Positions 1 to 12,210 of a stretch of 64,000 nt of DNA are shown here, one piece after another. Source of the stretch: Octopus vulgaris (taxonomy: Eukaryota); contig OX597837.1 in NCBI GenBank assembly GCA_951406725.2, positions 41,850,001 through 41,914,000 of the forward strand, written 5' to 3'. The position numbers and the translations under genes were made by a program. The notes below the pieces were generated by a model, which saw only the letters and a program-made list of their open reading frames with translations, had not been told where the DNA came from and ran no database searches. Numbering within the stretch: position 1 is the first letter of the stretch; each line of letters starts with the position of its first letter.

Positions 1-59
1 GTTGCTGTATGTCTGAAAGACAGCAATGTATTCTTTGAACGAGATCGTTGCCAGGGCAG

Positions 60-605
60 CCAACTGGCATCCGTGCCGGTGGCACGTAAAAGGGCACCTT
101 TCGAGCGTGATCGTTACCAACGTCGCCTTACTGGCACCTGTGCTGGTGGCATGTGTAAAAGGATTCGAGCGAGGTCGTTGCCAGTACCTATTTCTTTACT
201 ACCCACAAGGGGCTAAACAAGGACAGACATAGGTATTAAGTCGATTACATCGACTCCAGTGCGTCACTGGTACTTAATTTATCAACCCCGAAAGGATGAA
301 AGGCAAAGTCGACCTCGGCGGAATTTGAACTCAGAACGTAACGGCAGACGAAATACGGCTACGCATTTCGCCCGGTGTGCTAACGTGTCTACCAGCTCGC
401 CAGTACCGCCTGACTGGCCCTCGTGACGGTGTCACGTAAAAAGCATCCACTACACTCTCGGAGTGGTTGGCGTTAGGAAGGGCATCCAGATGTAGAAACT
501 CTGCCAGATCAAGATTGGAGCCTGGTGCCACCATCTGGTTCGCCAGCCCTCGGTCAAAATCGTCCAACCCATGCTAGCATGGAAAGCAGACGTTAAACGA
601 TGATG
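60..605 (+). mobile_element. RTE-LINE 3' end with (ATG)n tail, interrupted by a SINE
   Basis: gtgccggtggcacgtaaaa units, tggttggcgttaggaagggcatcc, gcatggaaagcagacgttaaacgatgatg. Same family at 13870-14045, 21370-21625, 35474-35585, 38935-39100, 50308-50570. Confidence 0.7.
189..401 (-). mobile_element. tRNA-derived SINE family B (Meta-domain-like)
   Basis: ggcgagctgg...ctgagttcaaattcc (B box)...gtcgactttgcctttcatcctttcgggg; direct repeat gccagtacc at 180-188 and 399-407. Further copies near 29641-29855, 30970-31085, 34512-34706, 46383-46560, 57420-57623. Confidence 0.8.
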
Positions 606-924
606 AAATGTGAGAAGTAGCGCTTGAGTAATCGCAGAACAGTTAAAACCAAAGTGTTGCTTATTAGAATTATTGTAATCCGGCAGCAGACCATCAGGTG
701 GGTGGTCATCGTTTGGTGATTTCGCTCAATGCCTTGCAATGAACACTTCACTGGTTTCACCTTCCACTTTCACCAGTTAATAGGCATTCAGAGTGTGACC
801 GCTGAACACTGCCCGTTCATGTGGATGGAACTTTGGTAAAGTTAAGTATAACAATATTTTTTTTTCTCCAAATAATTACATTTCCAAGTGCAAACTCAGC
901 ACAAGTTATAGAGTATATAATTTA

Positions 925-987
925 TTTCTCGTGACTCGAGTTTCACACCTGACGATCGCACTGGCGTGAAACTCGAGTCACGAGAAA
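925..987 (+). ncRNA. Hammerhead core embedded in a perfect 22-bp inverted repeat
   Basis: Arms 925-946 and 966-987 are exact reverse complements. Inside: CTGACGA-tCGCactgGCGt-GAAA-CTCGAG-TC-ACGAGAAA. Confidence 0.55.
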
Positions 988-1056
988 AGAATTCAGTGTA
1001 TAGACATATACATTCATATGAATAATGTTTGTCATTCTTTATATGCACACACACGA

Positions 1057-1566
<510 letters not shown>

Positions 1567-2143
1567 CACTTGTTACATATCATATTTATACATGTTATAT
1601 GTGTGTGCGAAAATATATTTATGCATGCATACATATGCGTGTGTATATTATATATACGCAGTCACACATTGATTCTTATCAGGAAAAGTTGTTTTCCTTT
1701 CACATTTTCTTTTTTAAGAAATCCCTTACATTCTACTACAGCGTGTCAAGAAACATAATTGTCTATAAAACATTTTGCAATTATCACACGAGGGCGACGT
1801 CACCGGATAACGTTCCTGCATACAATGCAAATGTGATAACTTGTATATTTTATAAAATTCCTTCTGGAAGACAACAAAACAGAAAACAATAAACAACTTC
1901 TGCTGTAATATAATTTAACCGAAAGTTCAACCTAAGTACGTGCGATATCGTTTGTTCTAATATATTTTAAAGTAATAATAACAGTTAAGAAATAACAAGC
2001 AGATTAGTATTAGTAGAAAATTGAGATTTTTTTTGGTTTTGTTTTGTAGTTGTGTAGGTAAAAGAAGCTAATGAAGAAGGCGATGCAAGACCAGAAGGTA
2101 TTATATTAGTTATACTAGGATCTACAATCTTTTCTCTTTCTTT

Positions 2144-2345
2144 CTCTTTTTATTTGTTTCAGTCATTTTGACTGCGGTCATGCTGGTGCACCGCCTTTAA
2201 TCGAGAAACTCGACCCCGGGACTTATTCTTTTTGTAAGCCCAGTACTTATTCTATCAGTCTCTTTTGCCGAACCGCTAGGTAACGGTGGACATAAACACA
2301 CCAGCATCGGCTGTCAAGCAATGCTAGGGGGACAAACACAAACAT

Positions 2346-2416
<71 letters not shown>

Positions 2417-2557
2417 TACGACGGGCTTCTTTCAGTTTCCGTCTACCAAATCCACTCACAAGGCTTTGGTCGGCCCGAGGCTATAGTAGAAGACACTGTG
2501 GTTTACCAACCATGTGGTTGGTAAACAAGCTACATACCACACAGCCACTCCTGCGCC
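2144..2557 (-). mobile_element. tRNA-derived SINE family A (internal microsatellite)
   Basis: Family consensus: head GGCGCAGGAGTGGCTGTGTGG (A box)...GGTTCAGTCCC (B box), CCTTGGGCAAGT body, internal (TA)n(TG)n, tail gactgaaacaagtaaaagag. This copy has a deletion around the B box. Confidence 0.85.
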
Positions 2558-3137
2558 TATCAGGTACTTATAGTAAAGAAATGCTTGTATGATGGTGGGG
2601 CTGCGGCCATGCTGGAGCACCGCCTGGTGAGATATCTAAAGATGAGGAGTTGTTCTGGAAAGATTAGTTACAAGAGTGTTTCTCGCATCAATTCTTGTCC
2701 TATGCTTCGCTTGTCCTATGCTTTTCTCCCACAAATTGTACGCTCCACTATGAACAGACAAATTTTAGTATACAGCACGCATGTATATACACATCCATAG
2801 GTACATGGCTCAGTGGTTAGGATGTTGGCCTTACAATCGCGAGGTTGTGAATTCGATTCCCGGGCCGGACTGTGCGTTGTGTTCTTGATTTCGTTTTGCT
2901 CCAGTCCAGTCAGCCTTAAAACTGAGGTGGGGCGCAAATATGAATACGTTAACCAATGAGGTAGCCACAAACTCCAAGAGCCGTCCTAGCTTACGAAAAA
3001 AAAAGCCTTGCCGCTTTGACGGTGACCGGTTTAAATTTTGCAAAGGCAAAACCTTGAAATCCCAAAGAAGCAAATATACTGCTGGTAACATGTGACCCGA
3101 ACGCTAAAAGTTACTGCTATAAAGCGGAGGTGCTTAC

Positions 3138-3252
3138 CTGTAAAAACTGTAACCGTCTCTGCACCAAATCAGCCAGGTCTTGCGATTCTTTCTCCCGCCA
3201 ATGGTCAAGGCCATCAACACCACGTAGTTGGTCAATATCAGAGATCAAAGTC
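3138..3252 (-). CDS. FUT8: Alpha-(1,6)-fucosyltransferase, internal coding exon (115 nt)
   Basis: Minus strand: acceptor tttttctttctgtttcag | G ACT TTG ... TTA CAG | gtaagc donor. Translates (R)TLISDIDQLRGVDGLDHWREKESQDLADLVQRRLQFLQ, matching the FUT8 segment [39 protein letters not shown] just before the NPKDC/GCGYGC region. Not in the ORF track. Confidence 0.95.
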
Positions 3253-3449
3253 CTGAAACAGAAAGAAAAATAACATTGAAGAGGAGCAGATAGCTTTATA
3301 ATTATAATTGTGGTAGTACATGTGGACCCTTAATGGTCGCAGCTATTACAGATAAGATAATCATTTCATCACAATATCATGCAGGATCAATCATCTGAAA
3401 CTGAAATTGAGGGGATCATAAGAAAAAAAAGACGCATAATATTCACATA

Positions 3450-3971
3450 CTGTAAATCCTCGAGTATAGTCTGCCCTTGAGTATAATACGCAGGGGATTT
3501 TTTGGGGGCTGTACTTCTGAAAAACTTAAACCTTGTGTATAATACGCTCCCCTTCTCTAACTTGAGTCGTGCGTAATTAAGCCAGCAGCACCTAGTCGAA
3601 CAAACACTTCCACGCATGCGTTATACAATAATGGTGATGTTCTTAACTGTTATATGGGAATGTAAATATGTTCGTAAATTGCTTTTGTTACATGTTATTC
3701 TGTGTTCTGAATACTTTTATTTTAATAAATGTTGCTTACTGCAAGTTATGGATGATTCTTTTATGGCTTCATTGCTTTCAGGCTTAGCTTAATGTATTTT
3801 CATGCCCGACATCACAAAATGCGTCTGAATAAACATTGCCGGACAGCAAGTAGAGACTTGGACATTGCTTAGAAAATATTTTTCATTTTTAACCTTGTAT
3901 ATAGTACGTACAAGGGATTTTGACCGTTAAATTTTGGGGAAAAAATGCGGATTATACTCAAGGATTTACGA
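3450..3971. mobile_element. Tc1/mariner-type MITE
   Basis: Imperfect ~25-bp TIRs ctgtaaatcctcgagtatagtctgc / gcggattatactcaaggatttacga, TA on both sides. Confidence 0.8.
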
Positions 3972-4058
3972 TATTAAGTTGTCTGGGGTTTTTTTTTGCT
4001 TACTTAATACGAAGTTTTTAAAATCCCTCATCATTGCTAATCATTTATAGTCCTATTT

Positions 4059-4134
4059 AATTGTTCTAAGTGATGTCTTAGTAATTAAACAATTCATGAA
4101 TTGTTTAATTACTAAGACATCACTTTGAACAATT
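4059..4134. repeat. 76-bp spacerless palindrome
   Basis: Centre ttca|tgaa; perfect over 4068-4125 (58 bp), one T/T mismatch in the outer part. Confidence 0.95.
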
Positions 4135-4138
4135 GTTT

Positions 4139-4262
4139 GTGTGGTAAGTAGCTTGCTTACCAACCACATGGTTCCGGGTTCAGTCCCACTGCGTGGCACC
4201 TTCTCGGGCCGACCAAAGCCTTGTGAGTGGATTTGGTAGACGGAAACTGAAAGAAACCCGTC

Positions 4263-4315
<53 letters not shown>

Positions 4316-4528
4316 TGTGTGTGTTTGTGTGTCTGTGCTTGTCCCCCTAGCATTGCTTGACAACCGATGCTGGTGTGTTTATGTCCCCGTTACTTAGCGG
4401 TTCGGCAAAAGAGACCGATAGAATAAGTACTGGGCTTACAAAAGAATAAGTCCCGGGGTCGAGTTGCTCGATTAAGGGCGGTGCTCCAGCATGGCCGCAG
4501 TCAAATGACTGAAACACGTAAAAGAGTA
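4139..4528 (+). mobile_element. SINE family A, head-truncated
   Basis: Inverted relative to 2144-2557 and shares its subfamily variants. Confidence 0.85.
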
Positions 4529-5039
4529 ATTTAAATTCCAATTTCTCCAAACGAATACGGAAAAGAGCGTGCGTGTGTGTGTGAATGTAGGGGTCTTTGT
4601 AATCTAGATAACCCTTAGTTACCGTTGATAAAAAAAAAAGAAAAGAAAAAGGCCAAGTCTAACGAACTATAGTACCTGATAGGAAGAAAAAAAAATATAA
4701 TTCCAAGTGTAAGGTTCTTTCTCTCTCCACCAGCAATCAATTGTCAAGAATCCAGATCAAGAAGAGAAAGACGCTGATTCAATCAATCTAGAATTGTTCA
4801 ACATTTCCTGTTGTAGTTGCGAGTTTAGGCGTGAAGGAGAGATCTGTGTGATATCTCTCTGCTTCTCATCCGGTTTAACAAATGGCCCAGTGCCAAGCGC
4901 GCAGCAAGACGGCCAAAAAGTGATTTGGACGTAAATGAACGATGCCGTACGTTCTTAGTACAACACGAAAATCTTACAAAGGTTGTTAAGTGATTCAAGA
5001 TTGATCTACCTGTTTCTAATTTATTTTAAGTGTATAGAG

Positions 5040-5091
<52 letters not shown>

Positions 5092-5576
5092 AGGTAGTTC
5101 TTTCTTTCATTATCGGCACCTCCTCTTTCTAGCTATGACCTGAGGGCAGGCTCAGCAAAGACGAGTGGGAAGCAAACTAGATTCAAAGAAACAATGTCCG
5201 TGTGCTTTTGTATATCAGGAAAGACGGCAAACGGAGATCAAAGGAAAGGCGGTTTTAGCAGCAATTTCAAAACAGGTGATAAACGGTGTAATTAACGCAA
5301 CACGGTACATGGCGGATTCAGATTCAAAGAATTCTACAAATATTGCAAAAGTAGACATATCTAACTGCCTAGAGCGTAGGAATGGTTTTCTGGTTAAGAA
5401 ATTTGCTTCGCAACTTTCATGGTTTCTGGTTCCATCCCACAGCGGGACAGATTTGTGCGCCTTTTAATTTTTCTATCAATAGCAAATTTTTGTCAATAGA
5501 ATTTCGGTAGGCAGGAAATTTTTGGAATGAATCATGCATGTGTGTATGACTTTTCACAAGAGTATGTCAGCGAATT

Positions 5577-5989
5577 GGATCTTTTCGGTTTGAACGGCAG
5601 TTTTTTCTAGCGGTGTCATATGAAATTGTCACCCATAATTATGACCCTAGTATCGATCTATTGTATTTCAATCTGTTTTAGGATTAGGGGTGGGGGGAAG
5701 GGTATCTTTTTTTCTTCACAAATGTAAATAAACCCAATCTGTTTCTTAAACGAGGGACATATTCATACGGCACAGAATTTTTTTTTTTAACTCAATGGAC
5801 ATCATTGATTGGTTGAATTTGCAGAAATTGAAGAAAAAAACAACAAATATCTTACAAACTATAGAATTTTCTCAATAAAGCCAAGAGAAAAAGATGTTTT
5901 ATAAACACATTCTACCAGTATACGAAGTTTAAAATTTTTTAGTTACCTAGAAATTATGTTAAAAACTGCCGTTCAAACCGAAAAGATCC
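5577..5989. mobile_element. MITE with GG-start TIRs and 8-bp TSD (Merlin-like)
   Basis: Perfect 29-bp TIR ggatcttttcggtttgaacggcagttttt; TSD agcgaatt at 5569-5576 and 5990-5997. Confidence 0.9.
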
Positions 5990-7312
5990 AGCGAATTATA
6001 TAAACAGAAACAAAAATTAAAATAAAATATAAATTGATATTTAAAAAAAAACGGTGTTTAACGAAGGAAATCCCCTAAAATATTTGTTCTGCATTGAGTT
6101 ACAGATAATTCCTTGTTACTCTCGTCTCGGCCCGTTGGAAATCCGTTGCTAACAATGCTTTTGCTCAACAATTGCCGTACACACACACACACCCCGTAAG
6201 TTAGCGGTTCGGCGAAAGGGAGCGTTAGAATAAGTTCCAGGTTTAAAAAATAAGTACTGGAGTCGAATTGTTCGACTGAACCAGCGGTTCCCTGGAACGC
6301 ATGTGGCCCTCAAGTACCCTTCCTGCGGCCCTCGGCGGTCTTTTCTCTATAAACATTTCTTTAGTTGACTACTCTTTTATGGTGCGGAGCAGGGGCTAAA
6401 AAAAATCCAGGTTTTGGATCTAGCCTGGATACTAAAAAGGTTCAGAACTACTCGACTAGGAGTCCTTCAAGGCGATGCACAAGCATGGCCGTAGTCCAAT
6501 GACTGAAGCAAGTAAACAATATATACAAAACAAACTAATGATTTATTAACGTCAGCAAAACGAAAATAAAAGCATCAAATAAATCAAAAGAGCCGAGAAA
6601 CGGTAACCAAATCTACAATGTCGAAAAAGGGGGAAAAAAGAGGTTTATTAATAAATAAACAGGATAAAGGAAATATGAGATACTTCAGTCGGCCTCACTG
6701 GATTTAGAGCCGAGATAACAGACAACCACAATTAAAAGATACAAGTTTAATTGTTGCTAGACAGTTTAATACGCGTACACACAGAAAAACAAATAAATAC
6801 ACACATGGAGAGAGAGAGAGAGAGAGAGAGAAGGAAATGAACTATACAAAAAAAGGACACTTAGTTCAGTGATGTAACGACAGAGGTAGTTAGGGGTTGT
6901 CAGAGAAGACACAACAGACGTTATTTCCCAGCCTTTTCTAGGGGTCGTGAACAGACGTGTTAATACACTCTGCAGATTAAGTGTTTCTCATAGACAAATG
7001 AGGCTGTGAGGATCGAAAAACGGGCGACTAACATTGATATATGTTTCATAAAATGAAGATAGGTTTTTATACTTTCTTAAACTTACCCAACGCCAATAGC
7101 GAAGGAAAGAATCGTTTCGATGCAATCGCCATTTTGTTTTCTCATTGATACAAAAGGAGAGGGAACAAAAAAAAAAAAAATCCGTTAATATTTTTTGGAG
7201 AGAAAGGTTGCAAGAATTGAGAACCACTGCCTCTGTACCCTCCGGGGATTGTGAGATGGGTCTCTTAACGATCCCTAAAGTTTGTCTGGGAGTAGAGTCT
7301 CTTAGTGGCCTC

Positions 7313-7744
7313 GGATCTTTTCGGTTTGAACGGCAGTTTTTCTAGCGGTGTCATATGAAATTGTCACCCATAATTATGACCCTAGTATCGATCTATTGCA
7401 TATCAATCTGTTTTAGGGTTAGGGTTAGTTAGGGTTAGGGGTGGGGGGAAGGGTATCTTTTTTTCTTCACAAATGTAAAATAAACCCAAACTGTTTCTTA
7501 AACGAGGGACATATTCATACGGCACAGAAGGTTTTCACCTCAATAGACGTCATTGATTGGTTGAAATTGCAGAAATTGAAGAAAAAAAAAAACAACAAAT
7601 ATCTTACACACTATAGAATTTTCTCAATAAAGCCAAGAGAAAAAGATGTTTTATAAACACATTCTACCAGTATATACGAAGTTAAAAATTTTTTTAGTTA
7701 CCTAGAAATTATGTTAAAAACTGCCATTCAAACCGAAAAGATCC
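7313..7744. mobile_element. Second copy of the Merlin-like MITE, with internal TTAGGG repeats
   Basis: Near-identical to 5577-5989; flanks do not form a TSD. Confidence 0.9.
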
Positions 7745-8395
7745 ATTATAATAATAACAATAATAATAATAATAATAATAATATTAAATATTACTATCAT
7801 TATTACTATTATCAAATGTTTGTTTGAGAATCAGAAATTCATACAAATTTTTGAGTGTCAGCCAAGTTGCAGTGATATTGTGCAACATGTCTACAGCGAA
7901 AATCTTGCAAATTCAGCATCAACAGCAGCAGCAGCATTTTTGCTGCTGTTGTTGTTGTTGTTGGCAGTGGTGACATACAAAATCTCAGTGGCCTTTGCTC
8001 TGACTTCTTTTTGTCAATCCCGATGCCAGGAATGAATAATATCATCTTAGAGACGAAGATGAAAGAAGATGAATAAAGCGGCACCTCTCCAGAAGCCGAC
8101 TGGTTTTCTACAAAGGAAATAGATAGCTTAACATAGCGAATGTGTGTGTATGTATGCGTGAATGTGTGTGTGTGTGTGTGTGTAAGTGTGAGGGAGAGGG
8201 GTTGCTTGGGAGGAACAGTGAGGGGGAAACAAAAAAAAAAACAAAAAAAAAAAAAGATGCAGAGAAGAAATTTCAATGAAAATACGATTTCAGAAGAAGA
8301 AGAAGCATGGCGATGATATACGCCCAGGTCAGCTCTGAATGCACAAACCGATATATGATCAAAGACTTTCCAGCCGTGATCGCTCCAACCAGTTC

Positions 8396-8578
8396 TTTGT
8401 GTGGTAAAAGAAGCTGGCTTTGCAAACTACGTGATTTCGGGTTCGATCCCACTGCGCCGCACCTTGGGCGAGTGTCTTCCACTGTAGCCCCGGGACCGAA
8501 GCAATGCTATGTGAGTGAATTTGGTATTTGGAAACTGTGTAGAAGACCGGCGCATGTGTGTGTGTGTGTGTGTGTGTG

Positions 8579-8627
<49 letters not shown>

Positions 8628-9050
8628 GTGGGTACTTCTTAAGAAGAGTGGTCCCTGTGCGCGCACTCGTGCACTCGCAGCATCCGCGTTAGCTAGTCGT
8701 GACTAGTCGATCCTTACTTTGTGTTTTATTTACTTTGCTAGGATCGACTAGTCACGACTAGCTAGCGCGAGTACGCGCACCGGGACCACTCTTCTGAAGT
8801 AGTACCACATGTGTGTGTGTGTGTGTGTGTACTTAAGTATGTGTTATTTCACTACCACCACCACTTCACAGCCGGTGTTGGTTTGTTTACGTTCCCATGA
8901 TCGAGCGGTCTGGCCAATAGCAGAACGACAGAATAAGAGCCAAACTTAGAAATTCGTACTGGGATCGATCTGTTAGACTAGACCCTTTAAAAGTGGGTAA
9001 TTCAGCATGGCCTCAGATCAATGACAGAATCGAAAGTGAAAGATAAAAGA
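8396..9050 (+). mobile_element. SINE family A, old diverged copy containing a foldback MITE
   Basis: Diverged head 8396-8555 and tail 8860-9050. Confidence 0.7.
8631..8806. mobile_element. Palindromic foldback MITE
   Basis: GGTACT...AGTACC ends, 39-bp outer TIR with 4 mismatches, perfect 25-bp inner arm, direct repeat acatgtg on both flanks. Confidence 0.85.
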
Positions 9051-9614
9051 TATCTACGACTATATTATCCAGAGTAACCTTCGAAAACAACGACAAAAAC
9101 GCCGTGTGTGCGATGCGAATAAAACTTGGCTGTCATTTCTAGCAGAGCAAACAACCGCGTCGAGCATCCTTTGTCGGCGCTTGGCGACGATACATCGGAC
9201 CAACCATGATAGTAACTCTGTCTCTGATTAAACGTTATATTGCATTCTAACAAACTCTACTCCAGATTCGAGATTAAAAATAGACAGAAACTGAGATTAA
9301 AAAAACGAGAATATATTATTCATAGACAAGTAGAAAAAAAAAAAAGGAAAAAAAAAAAAAGATTACAGGCTGCAGGAGAAAATTTTTTATTAGAAAATAA
9401 CCGCAAAAAAATATTTATAAAACAAGACAGGATGGAGGACAGAAAAGAAAAAAAAAGAGAGAAGCTATTTGCATTTTTTGAGATGGGTTCACAACGTGCA
9501 AGGTATTTTGACACGATGTCAATTCTTTCTCTGGGAAGACTGAAGTGTTTCACTTCAGTAATATCGATAACGCTCTTCAGAAATAAATACGTCACACTAT
9601 TCTCCCTGCCTGTC

Positions 9615-10005
9615 TTTTTCTCTATATCTCTCCCACCACTCTCTCTACATCTTCCCTTCCTCTCTCTCTCTCTCTCTATCTCTCTCACCTTTCTCTATAT
9701 CTTCCCTTTCTCTCTCTCTCTCTCTCTCTCTATCTCTCCCACTTCTCTCTCTATATCTTCCCTTTCTCTCTCTATCTCCCACCTCTCTCTCTACTTCTTC
9801 CCTTTCTCTCTCTCTATCTCTCCCACCCCTCTCTCTATATCTTCCCTTTCTCTCACTATCTCTCCCACCTCTCTCTCTCCATCTTCCCTTTCTTTCTCTC
9901 TCTCTATCTCTCCCACCTCTCTCTCTATATATATCTTCCCTTTCTCTCTCTCTCTATCTCTCCCACCCCTCTCTCTACATCTTCCCCTTCTCTCTTTCTC
10001 TATCA
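9615..10005. repeat. CT-rich degenerate minisatellite (~45-55 bp unit)
   Basis: Repeated tctatctctcccacctctctctctatatcttccctttc. Confidence 0.85.
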
Positions 10006-10604
10006 TCGTGTAAAACTACTTGTGTTGCAAATATGAACAAATAAAGAAATATAATATAATCAAAAATACATCATCATCATCATCATCATCATCAGAGAGA
10101 GAGAGAAAGGGGGAGGGATGAGAGAGGAAAAGGGGGAAGAGTTATAGCTATATCTGGTGTTTGGGTTTGATAAATAATACAAACTAAGCCACCCACCGAA
10201 TGATAAGATTTCGAATGCAGTAAAATACGAAACCTGGTGTATGTGTGTGTGTGTAAACACACACATACATGTCCACATATATAATCTACTTCCGTAAGAA
10301 CGTCATAAACTGTACCACGAAGCAATTCCCGTCTCTAATCAATAGATACTTCGACAAAGTCAATAATAAAATACACAAATTATTCCATAGCACTGACATA
10401 AAAACTACCACTAGAAAGATCATTTCGTTACATAACAGAAAGAAATCAATGCAACACCACAGTGTCAGTGCAAACCAAAAAGATATTTCCAATTGCTGAA
10501 ACAACAAGCAGTGTCCCCAGACCATTAATGCATCGATAAATGTATTGTGTAACAAGCTGCAACTGCTAAAGTAAATAATAGTAACATTCCTTGTCTAAGC
10601 CTTA

Positions 10605-11562
10605 CTATTTAAGAGCAGATAAAACCAACACATGAACTCTCTCTCTCTCTCTCTCTCATGCACTGCTACAAAGAAAATAACACATCGTTCTCCCAACACA
10701 GCTGGTAGTATAAAAATTGGAGTGTATCAATCAACATTACATGGTCTGTTTTGGAGAAGGTTACTTCATTCAGTAATGGCTCAAAGTGCTGCAGTATGTG
10801 TTAAACCGAAAAATTCCATTCAATGAATTATCCACACCAAAAATGACAAAAATACACAGAATGGATTGATGCTTGTAGACATAGACTGAAGATTTTTCTG
10901 TGTCTGTTTAAGACAACAAAGTACTGACTGTAACACAAGTATTTTGCTTTCTCAATTATTACAAAATTCTACTTAAAGTTTGTTCATGCCCAAACATCTA
11001 GACACCAAGTTGAAACCATGAAAACTGGCACGTTGAAGTTATGTGTGTATGTATGTGTGTGCGTATGTGCATGCACGTGTATCATTTGTGTTTTCCACGA
11101 TCACTGCTTGACAGCCAGTGTTGATTTGTTAATCTCCCTGTAACTTAGTGGTTTGGCAAAAGAGAGTGATAGAATAAGTACAAAATATGTACTGGGGCTA
11201 ATTTGTTTGACCAAACCCTTCAAGGCATTTGTGAGTGAATATGGTAACCGGAAACTGTGGAAGCCCATCATATATAATATGGCTATTTAAGAACAGACTA
11301 TACCAACACATGAATTCTCTCTCTCTCTCTCTCTCTCTCATGCACTGCTATAAAGGAAATAACACATCTTTCTCACAACACATCTGGCAATGTAAAGATC
11401 AGAGTATATCAACCAATGTCACATAGTCTATTTTGGACAGAGTTACCTCATTCAGTAATAGCTCGAAGTAGTACAATCTATGGTTAACATTCAATAAACT
11501 ATCTACACAAAAACTGACTAAAATACACAGAACTGGTTAACGCTTGTAGACATACCTTGAAG
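10605..11562. repeat. Old local direct duplication (10605-10891 and 11283-11562)
   Basis: Collinear ~285-nt copies sharing ccaacacatgaa(ct)ncatgcactgcta, cattcagtaat, aaatacacagaa and gcttgtagacata. Confidence 0.85.
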
Positions 11563-11997
11563 TGGTGGTGGTACTGTTACCCAGCTACATGATCAATGAC
11601 AAATGCTTCTATTCAATATCTATCTATGATTGTTTCTAATTGGCATTATTGTATTTCCATGTTACTGAATTTATTTTGAGATGTTCTGTGTTTCTTTCAG
11701 TTACTTTAAATATAACAAAGAATTTAGTAAAATAACTTAGTTATCATTAAGCTAGTGTTAGGAACATAAATTGTGACTAAGGTTTGGTGGAAGATTTTAA
11801 TTCAAAACTTATGAAAACAAGACATTTGTACTCAGAGCCAGATGTGGTTTTGGCCGAGTTGGTATCAAAAGGGTTAAGAGAAGCTATTTAAGGAAGAAAG
11901 AATGATTTTATTACAGCTGAGGTCATCTTCACCTTTCATATCTTCAACATCAATACTAATGGGACCTGTGGGAATTCCACAGAGTGAAAAAGATTAA

Positions 11998-12210
11998 CCC
12001 TTTTGTTACCATATTTCTGTTGAGATGTTCTGTGTTTCTTACAATTAATTTTAAATATTACAAAGAATTTAGTAAAATAACTTAGTTATCAGTCAGCCAG
12101 TGTTAAATTGTGACTAAGATTTGGTGGAAGATTTTAATACCAAACTTATGAAAACAAGACATTTGTACTCAGAGCCAGAGCCGGTTTCAGCCGGGTTGGT
12201 AACGAAAGGG
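11998..12210. mobile_element. piggyBac-type MITE
   Basis: TTAA|cccttttgttacca...tggtaacgaaaggg|TTAA; sister copies at ~11655-11873 and 48309-48484 (truncated). Confidence 0.9.

Noticed and set aside
6882-6903. let-7-like sequence agaggtagttaggggttgtc
   Set aside because: Insertions relative to let-7 and no complementary star arm nearby.
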